Of a DNA stretch of 64,000 bases, positions 56,540 through 64,000 are shown in pieces. Position 1 is the stretch's first letter; every line of letters starts with the position of its first letter. Where the stretch lies: contig NIVC01002443.1 of the NCBI GenBank assembly GCA_002269645.1, positions 62,001 through 126,000 on the forward strand. Reading direction: 5' to 3'. The notes beneath the pieces were generated by a model. That model saw only the letters and a list, made by a program, of their open reading frames with translations, was not told where the DNA came from and did no database searches. This DNA is from Macrostomum lignano (lineage: Eukaryota). The position numbers were made by a program, and so were the translations under genes.

Positions 56540-57402
56540 GTTACTCATGAGTAAGTTTATGAGTGAGTTCATGAGTGAGTTTATGAGTGAGTTCATGAGT
56601 GAGTTTATGAGTGAGTTCATGAGTGAGTTCATGAGTGAGTTAATGAGTGAGTTAATGAGTGAGTTAATGAGTGAGTTAATGAGTGAGTTAATGAGTGAGT
56701 TAATGAGTGAGTTAATTAGTGAGTTAATAAGTGAGTTAATGGGCCGTATGCAGAAAGCCTAGTCCAGACTAGCTAGTCCGGACTTGTGTAGTTCAGTCTA
56801 TAGTCTATGGTCTAGCTAGCCTAGTTCTGCTATAGTAGACTGGTCTAACTTTGCGTTTCTGCATACCAAATCCAAGTCCAGACTAGCTTTTCAAGACCGG
56901 ACTACCCTAGACAGAGCTTTCTGCATACGGCCCAATGAGTGAGTTCATGAGTGAGTTCATGAGTAAGTTCATGAGTGAGTTCATGAGTGAGTTCATGAGT
57001 GAGTTTATGAGTGAGTTCATGAGTGAGTTCATGAGTGAGTTAATGAGTGACTTCATGAGTGAGTTCATGAGTGAGTTTATGAGTGAGTTCATGAGTGAGT
57101 TCATGAGTAAGTTCATGAGTGAGTTCATGAGTGAGTTAATGAGTGAGTTCATGAGTGAGTTCATGAGTGAGTTTATGAGTGAGTTCATGAGTAAGTTCAT
57201 GAATGAGTTAATGAGTGAGTTAATGAATGAGTTCATGAGTGAGTTAATGAGTGAGTTCATGAGTGAGTTCATGAGTAAGTTCATGAGTGAGTTCATGAGT
57301 AAGTTCATGAGTAAGTTAATGAGTGAGTTCATGAGTGAGTTCTTGAGTGAGTTCATAAGTGAGTTCATGAGTGAGTTCATGAGTAAGTTCATAAGTGAGT
57401 TT
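56540..57402. repeat. 12-bp minisatellite interrupted by a MITE
   Basis: Unit atgagtgagttc / ...tta / ...ttt. Confidence 0.93.
56741..56933. mobile_element. PIF/Harbinger (Tourist-like) MITE, 193 bp
   Basis: Perfect 18-bp TIRs gggccgtatgcagaaagc / gctttctgcatacggccc; 3-bp TSD AAT on both sides. Confidence 0.85.
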
Positions 57403-57673
57403 GGAGACTGTTTTTTAAAGCTTAATATTGAATTAGCCAAAAATTTATGTTTTTTAGTGTTTCGTAGAAAGTTGTCTACTAAAAGTAATTTCTTTACTAT
57501 TACGGAAAGAACAATTAAGTTTCGTTCATATTTTCATAAATGTCATTGTTGATTGTGAAATTTCTCTTAATTTCAAACCAAGCGAATACGGTTCATCTGA
57601 GTTGAAAAAGTCTGTGTACAAAAATATTTTTGGTCATAAATAAAACCCGAATAGAGCCTAGATATGATATTTT

Positions 57674-57953
57674 TGTCGTGTAGCTACCAGTATGTGCATG
57701 CACTCAGTACGAGTATTGATTTGTATTTGTACTTTCCTTATTATTTCTTTCTCTATTATTATCTATGCAAGCTTGGCACGTTAGGTTTGAGTTATTGCTA
57801 TTTGAGTTATGGGCAAATTGTGTACGCTTAAATTATGTCATCACTCTCGCGCACGTAGCATCGCTTTACAATATAATTACAGACATCAGAGCTTCGATAG
57901 CTCTCTCGTAGTCTTCAACCACTTTAAACAAGCAGCATAGCTGATTTACCACA
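57674..57953 (+). repeat. 5' LTR (280 bp)
   Basis: Direct repeat of 61986-62264. Confidence 0.95.
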
Positions 57954-58710
57954 ATGGCGACGAGTTCAAATGGACGGATTCCGGAGCTCACACAAGACTC
58001 CGACTTCGAGATTTACGCGGAGAGAATGGAGCAGTATTTCATCTGCAACAAGGTCGAGTCCACCGAGGCCAAGCGCGCTACATTTCTCACTGCCATTGGA
58101 GAGAAAAACTACAAACTGCTTCGGGACCTGTGCCATCCGGACAAGCTGACCACTAAGACATTCGAGCAACTCAGAGACGTCCTTAAGAACCACTGCTCAC
58201 CTGCTCCTTCCGAGATTGCTGCCAGATTCAAGTTTCAGCGCAGGATGCAGCAAGAAGGCGAATCGTTCACAGTCTTCCTGGCAGGTCTCAAGTCTGCGGC
58301 GGTGCACTGAAATTTCGGCTCAACACTGAATGAGCGACTTCGTGATCAGCTGGTATTTGGCATGAGTAGCGATGCAATGCGCTCCAAGTTGTTGGAGAGT
58401 GCGAACAACTCCTACGAGGCGCTGACTACCCTGGCTATTTCCTTGGAGACTTCGCAGAGATCTTCAAGCGAAATGTCGCTACTGTCGTCTACACACCGAG
58501 TCACGGCTCAACCAGCTGCGACCGCACGCCCCAGCAGCAGGCAAGCCAACTCGTTGAGACCATCTGCCGGCGCGGCATCGCCCAAGACTAACCGTTGCGA
58601 CAGCTGCGGAGGCTCTCATTCGCGACAGACACCGCAGCGCCAAGTGCCACGGCTGCGGCAGGCTCGGTCATCTCAAGAAGGTCTGCCGTTCATCCAATGC
58701 TTCCATCAAG
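57954..58710 (+). pseudogene. gag: gag with a nonsense codon and a frameshift
   Basis: MATSSNGRIPEL..FEIYAERMEQYF..IAARFKF..RMQQEGES. TGA at 58308-58310 sits at a usually conserved Cys. The frameshift lies between two CCHC knuckles (CDSCGGSH... / KCHGCGRLGHLKKVC); the second knuckle is in frame with pol. Confidence 0.85.
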
Positions 58711-61700
58711 ATGGTAGACGAGTCTGACTCCGCCACAGAGGACGAACAGGAGGAGGAGCCCATCTTCCACGTATCGAGCGCCTCCCGGTCGGCCATCATG
58801 GTGCCTCTGCAGGTGGAAAAGACGCTGACGCAGTTTGAGCTGGACACCGGATCAGCTGTCAGCTTGGCACCAAAGTCCTTCTACGACCAGCATCTCAGCC
58901 ACCTACCGCTGCGCCCATCGAGGACCACACTGCGTACCTACACTGACCAGGAGTTTTGCCCGCTCGGCGAGGTGACTGTCAGTATCAACTATGAGGGACA
59001 GTCCTATGCGCTGCCACTGCTCATCGTGTCCGAAGGCGGCGCTCGGCTCCTTGGCCGCAACTGGCTGACGGCCATCCGACTGGACTGGCCCCGCTTGACT
59101 GCTCCAGTCAACGCCGTAGCGGAGAACCCCAACGACATCGCTGCAGAAATAATTCAGCAGTTTCCAGACGTCTTCGCGGACAACCTGGGCAAGTACCGAC
59201 TGGGGGAGGTGAAGTTGCACGTCCAGGACAGCGCCACGCCCCGTTTCTACAAGGCCCGGCCAGTACCTTACGCCCTGCGTGACAGCGTAGACAAGGAACT
59301 GCAGCGAATGGAAGCAGAGGGCGTCATCACTCCAATCACCACCTCCGACTGGGCGGCGCCGATTGTTCCGGTCGTTAAGAAGGATGGCTCGGTGCGCATA
59401 TGCGGAGACTACAAATGCACCTTCAACCGCGTGGCCAAGCAGGAGCACTATCCATTGCCGAGGATCGAGGACCTGTTCGCACGGCTGGGCGGCGGCTACA
59501 AGTGGAGCAAGCTCGACCTGGCCAAGGCGTTTATGCAGCTGCCGATCTCCGAGGATAGCAAGCAGTTCCTCGTCGTCAACACCCAGCGAGGACTGTTTCA
59601 AGTCAACCGCTTGCCCTTCGGCATCTGCTCGGCCAGCGCCATCTTCCAGCGCGTGCTCGACACCCTGGTGGGGCACCTCGACGGTGTTCAAGTCTACCAG
59701 GATGACATCTTGGTGACGGGCTCTACATTGGCTGCGCACAAGGCCAACCTGATGCAAGTGCTGCACAAGCTGCAAGAGGCCGGTCTGCACATCAACGTGA
59801 CCAAGTGCGCCTTCTTCAGAGATTCGATCGACTACCTGGGTCACCGGATCGACCGTCACGGTTTGCGGCCACTCGCTGACAAGATCGAGGCCGTGCAGCG
59901 TGCGCCGGCGCCGACCGATGTGAGTCAGGTGCGCTCCTACCTGGGCATGCTGACTCACTATGCAAAGTTCCGGCCCAACTTGGCGTCGGTTGTAGCACCT
60001 CTCAACCACCTGCTTACCAAGGGCGCAACTTGGAAGTGGGGCGATCCCGAGGACCAGGCCTTCCGTGCTTCAAAGCAGCTGTTGCTGGACTCTGGTGCCC
60101 TGATGCACTTCAACCCGGACTTGCCTCTTCGGCTGGAGTGCGACGCGTCAGCATACGGCATTGGCGTCGTGCTCAGCCACCGCGTGAACGGCCAAGACCA
60201 AGCGATCGCGTTCGCCAGCAAGTCTCTGACCTCAGCCCAGCGCAATTACTCCCAGCTGGACAAGGAGGCGCTGGCAATCATCTGCGGCGTGCAGCGCTTT
60301 CACCAATTTCTTTACGGTCGCCACTTCACCATCGTGACGGATCATCGGCCGCTCCTCGGACTGCTGGGCCCGGACAAGGAAATCCCGACGCGCGCTGCTG
60401 CCAGAATGCAGAGGTGGGCCATCCGACTATCGGGCTACCAGTACTCCATGGAGTTCCGGCCGACCGAGAAGCATGGAAACTGCGATTCCCTCTCCCGCCT
60501 GCCGCTCAAGGGCAACTTCGTCGAAGAAGCCGCGGTACACTCGCTCACTCTAGAGGACGATTCGAGCGTCGCAGTGACTGCTGCTGCCATTGCCAAGGCA
60601 ACTCAAGCCGACACGGCACTGTCAAAGCTGCTGTGGGCCCTGCGGTCGGGACAGGAGCTGCCAGCTAACGACTTCCCGGACTTCGCCCATCGTCAAGCAG
60701 AGCTTTCAGTCGAAGCCGGTTGTGTGCTGATGGGATCTCGCGTCGTTATCCCGGACACCCTGCGCAAGTCGGTGCTGCGGGAGCTGCATCTGGCACATCC
60801 CGGTGCGAGCCGAATGAAGGCCCTCGCACGGAGCTTCGTCTGGTGGCCTGGGCTAGACAAGGAACTAGAGCAGCTCGGGAGAGAGTGCGACACCTGCAGA
60901 GCTCATCAGGCAGACCCAGCAAAGGCTCCAGTGCATCCCTGGCTGTTCCCCAACGAACCATGGAGCCGCCTACATGTCGACTTTGCCGGCCCAGTCAACG
61001 GTCGAGTGTACATAGTCATTGTCGACGCCTACAGCAAATGGCCCGAAGTTCGCCTCATCAGCGACACGTCTGCTGGCGGGACCATCGGGCATCTCCGTGA
61101 CGTATTCTGCCACTTGGGCCTGCCAAGGATTCTCGTCTCCGACAACGGCCCCCTGTTCGCCTCTCGTGAGTTCGCTGACTTCATGCGTAGCAACGGGATC
61201 CGGCACGTGACTTCAGCGCCCTACCACCCGGCCACCAACGGACAGGCCGAAAGATTCGTGCAGACGCTGAAATCTCACATCAGGAAGTCGGGTCACTCAG
61301 CGGAAGCCATGCAGCGCTTCCTGTTTGCCTACCGGATCACGCCGCATTCGAGCACCGGTCCCTCACCAAGCGAACTGCTATTCGGACGTCGCCTGCGATC
61401 CCGGCTGGACCTCCTGCGACCGTCCCTGACTGAACAGATGCGACACCGTCAGAGTGCGAGCACCGACTCGACGCCCCGCCAAGCCCGGTCCTTCGAAGTT
61501 GGTGACACCGTGCGAGTGAAGACCTTCGGCAAGGATGCCGGCTGGCGGCCCGGCCTCGTCATGGCGGCGGGCAAGCGCAACTACGATGTCAAGGTCGGCG
61601 AGGGCATCGTCCAGCGCCACATCGACCAACTCCTGCCAGAGCAGCGTCAGCAGCCTCCAGTAGTACCGGCTGTCGCGGCACCCGACCGAGTACCACCGTC

Positions 61701-61902
61701 AATCTCCGAACCGACACCGCGGTCTGAGGTGGGCCCGGACAGCTCAACTTCGGAGACTTCGGCAGCGGCCCCGACAGCTGCTCTCGCTGGACCTGCTCCT
61801 GCTCCGATCATGGAAGTCGCCGGACAGCACGCCGGAGCAATGCGCCGATATCCAGAACGCATACGGCTCGCGCCTGCCAGGTTTCAGGCGGGCAGTGATT
61901 GA
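58711..61902 (+). CDS. pol: Gypsy Pol: protease, RT, RNase H, integrase (open)
   Basis: LDTGSA; WAAPIVPVVKKDGSVRICGDYK; SKLDLAKAF; YQDDILV; LECDASAYGIG; YSQLDKEALA; HLAHPG..CDTC; HVDFAGP; SDNGP; PYHPATNGQAERFV. Confidence 0.95.
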   Translation: MVDESDSATEDEQEEEPIFHVSSASRSAIMVPLQVEKTLTQFELDTGSAVSLAPKSFYDQHLSHLPLRPSRTTLRTYTDQEFCPLGEVTVSINYEGQSYALPLLIVSEGGARLLGRNWLTAIRLDWPRLTAPVNAVAENPNDIAAEIIQQFPDVFADNLGKYRLGEVKLHVQDSATPRFYKARPVPYALRDSVDKELQRMEAEGVITPITTSDWAAPIVPVVKKDGSVRICGDYKCTFNRVAKQEHYPLPRIEDLFARLGGGYKWSKLDLAKAFMQLPISEDSKQFLVVNTQRGLFQVNRLPFGICSASAIFQRVLDTLVGHLDGVQVYQDDILVTGSTLAAHKANLMQVLHKLQEAGLHINVTKCAFFRDSIDYLGHRIDRHGLRPLADKIEAVQRAPAPTDVSQVRSYLGMLTHYAKFRPNLASVVAPLNHLLTKGATWKWGDPEDQAFRASKQLLLDSGALMHFNPDLPLRLECDASAYGIGVVLSHRVNGQDQAIAFASKSLTSAQRNYSQLDKEALAIICGVQRFHQFLYGRHFTIVTDHRPLLGLLGPDKEIPTRAAARMQRWAIRLSGYQYSMEFRPTEKHGNCDSLSRLPLKGNFVEEAAVHSLTLEDDSSVAVTAAAIAKATQADTALSKLLWALRSGQELPANDFPDFAHRQAELSVEAGCVLMGSRVVIPDTLRKSVLRELHLAHPGASRMKALARSFVWWPGLDKELEQLGRECDTCRAHQADPAKAPVHPWLFPNEPWSRLHVDFAGPVNGRVYIVIVDAYSKWPEVRLISDTSAGGTIGHLRDVFCHLGLPRILVSDNGPLFASREFADFMRSNGIRHVTSAPYHPATNGQAERFVQTLKSHIRKSGHSAEAMQRFLFAYRITPHSSTGPSPSELLFGRRLRSRLDLLRPSLTEQMRHRQSASTDSTPRQARSFEVGDTVRVKTFGKDAGWRPGLVMAAGKRNYDVKVGEGIVQRHIDQLLPEQRQQPPVVPAVAAPDRVPPSISEPTPRSEVGPDSSTSETSAAAPTAALAGPAPAPIMEVAGQHAGAMRRYPERIRLAPARFQAGSD

Positions 61903-61985
61903 ACCTTGTGACACTGACTTGACTCACAAACTAATCTTGAATCACCATGCTTTTTTTCGAGTTTTAACTCCCTGTGGGGAGGAAG

Positions 61986-62264
61986 TGTCGTGTAGCTACC
62001 AGTATGTGCATGCACTCAGTACGAGTATTGATTTGTATTTGTACTTTCCTATTATTTCTTTCTCTATTATTATCTATGCAAGCTTGGCACGTTAGGTTTG
62101 AGTTATTGCTATTTGAGTTATGGGCAAATTGTGTACGCTTAAATTATGTCATCACTCTCGCGCACGTAGCATCGCTTTACAATATAAATACAGACATCAG
62201 AGCTTTGATAGCTCTCTCGTAGTCTTCAACCACTTTAAACAAGCAGCATAGCTGATTTACCACA
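61986..62264 (+). repeat. 3' LTR (279 bp)
   Basis: Direct repeat of 57674-57953. Confidence 0.95.
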
Positions 62265-62449
62265 ATTTTGACAGCATTTATGACGCTCTTCTTGTTGTTC
62301 CAATGTAAATAGGCTATATTTAGGAATGCAGTGGCTTCGCAGTTTTGACACTTGGATAACAGCGACTATATGAGCATAGTCGTAACCACTTTGTTGTAAC
62401 CACTTTTAAACAATTATTTACAGCCAGTATTCAGTGTGTTTTATATAAC

Positions 62450-62900
62450 TATTCACCTACCTAACTATACCTACCTGATTATCTGCTTAACTCCCTAACC
62501 CTCCTAACAAATCTAATTTTCCCCTACCTAACTTACTAGCCAACTAACCTACAATCTAGCTACCTCCTATATGTACTTGCAAAAGCTGCCGACCTATCTG
62601 TGCCCGTCCAACTACCTACTTACCAACCTACCAACGTATCTATTTACTTACCTGTCTACTAATATACCCTTACCTACTTATTACCTGCCTACTAATATAC
62701 CTACTACTAACCAACCTACTAATATACATACCTACCTACCTATCTATCTATCTACGTACCTACCTACTGTAACTACCTACCTACCTACCTACCTACCTAC
62801 TTACCTCCTACCTACCTATCTACCTCGCCTATCTACCAACCAACATATAGTCAATGCTTATCTATAAAACCTATCAACCTACTAAGCCAATCTACAGTAA
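62450..62900. repeat. (CTAC)n-like low-complexity tract
   Basis: Direct inspection. Confidence 0.8.
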
Positions 62901-63349
62901 CCTAGTAATGTAATAAATATATAAATAATGAAACTGAATTGTCAAGCGCACGACTTCACCTTCTTTAAACTATTAGTTTTAGCCCGTCCAAAATGAGCCA
63001 TCATTCGTTGTTAATTCAACCGCACTTGCCCTCGCCCTTAAGTCAGGCGAATTCTCAGCAGGGTAAACTTAAAATTGTTGGGAAATGCTTGTTCGCATGA
63101 ACTCAGCTAGCATTGAGGGCGCACTCTAAAATCTCTCAGAATTCTCTACTGAATGTACACTGGAGTTGCTGGATTCTCTGCACCACTTCAGATTTGGACA
63201 GCCTAATATTAATAGACGAACTGAAAGATTCAAATAGCAACATTTATAAGCGTTTATATTGTTGAATTGTTTTATAAGACGTTCAAATATGCACACCGGC
63301 CCCTTGTGAAGCGATCGGCCCGTGGAGTACCTGGTTTTATCTCTAGGCC

Positions 63350-63410
63350 AAGGGGTAGGCCAACTTTGGCCAACAAAGCCTCTCTATCCGGCCCTCGGGT
63401 CCTTTGAAAC
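63350..63410. mobile_element. hAT-like terminal fragment related to the 48462 MITE
   Basis: aaggggtaggccaactttggcc...ctctctatccggccctcgggtcc aligns with the reverse complement of the right end of 48462-48552. Confidence 0.5.
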
Positions 63411-64000
63411 TTTAAAATAGCAATCCGACCAGCTCAAGATCTCTTCTCTCCTTTCTCGTCTCATCTTCTTCTTCTTATCTCCTCTCCTTTCTTCCCTTAC
63501 TTGGCCCGCAGCCATGAGCTTTTTTGAGCGACATAAAAAACAAAAAAGCAGAATTGGTTGTGGAATACGAGCTAGTTTATATAAAATTAACAAGAATAAT
63601 AAAAGAAAAGCTTTGCACAGAGAGTTGAGACACTCGCAGCACTTAAGAGAGATGGAGAGATAGAGAGAAGATGACTCAACATCTAGTTGCAGTGTTGTTT
63701 TGTTGTTCTCTAAGTCTCCATGGGTTGAAAAACTTAATGGCGGTGCACAATATAGCAGTCCAGAGGCTTTCTCAAGGTGAGATAAAGGTGAGTGAAAAAG
63801 CTCATATCGTAGCCTCAGCCCTTGACAAATAACAAACTCGAGGCCAAGGTTTTTTCGGTCGTATAAAGCGATGCTTTTCAAAACAGTCTATTTAAAGGAA
63901 AGCAACCTTTGACTGCTCGTACAGCATTGAATTTTTTTGTCCTCTGCTCGTACAATGGCAGACAACCGAGTGTCACCTTTGTCCGAGTCGCCCCCGCCAT

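Larger units (their letters stand above)
57674..62264 (+). mobile_element. Full-length, recently inserted Ty3/Gypsy LTR retrotransposon (Mag-like gag-pol)
   Basis: LTRs 57674-57953 and 61986-62264 (TGT...ACA) differ by 2 substitutions and 1 indel. 5-bp TSD ATTTT. PBS tggcgacgag at 57955-57964. PPT ggggaggaag at 61976-61985. Confidence 0.97.

Noticed and set aside
58308-58310. Programmed readthrough at the gag TGA
   Set aside because: The stop lies mid-capsid at a usually conserved Cys and a further frameshift follows, so it is a simple mutation or error.
63384-63881. 165-aa minus-strand ORF
   Set aside because: No motif, partly low-complexity, adjacent to a hAT-like end; not supportable as a gene.

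Overview
Eukaryotic (metazoan) genomic DNA with GC-rich exons and repeat-filled introns. The style suggests a free-living flatworm such as Macrostomum; this is an inference, not proven. I reconstructed four + strand spliced genes by hand from GT/AG sites and reading phase; coordinates are hand-counted and repeat edges are approximate. (1) A secreted PAN/Apple + ALK/LTK-type glycine-rich protein of about 397 aa, with no TM segment or kinase (5724-9936). (2) A complete 14-exon IFT140 of about 1496 aa (11447-33233), in which nearly every intron holds its own minisatellite. (3) A TRPA1-like ankyrin TRP channel (36718-53572) with two apparent compensating frameshifts and a Cys-rich tail. (4) An unidentified two-exon helical ORF (55127/55148-56472). 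Mobile DNA comprises a young full-length Ty3/Gypsy element with near-identical LTRs and a 5-bp TSD (57674-62264), a gag-only 1.17-kb LTR element, a Gypsy integrase+LTR remnant, two copies of an RNase-H-type LINE (one inserted in a (CT)n tract), tRNA-derived SINEs (two with a MIR-like CORE domain), and hAT, Harbinger and foldback MITEs. The most interesting signals are: three tandemly duplicated, phase-0, 63-66-nt cassette exons just before the first ankyrin repeat of the TRPA gene; a minisatellite born from an exon/5'-splice-site junction; nested, mutually complementary minisatellites in IFT140 introns; and the kinase-less PAN-GlyR protein.
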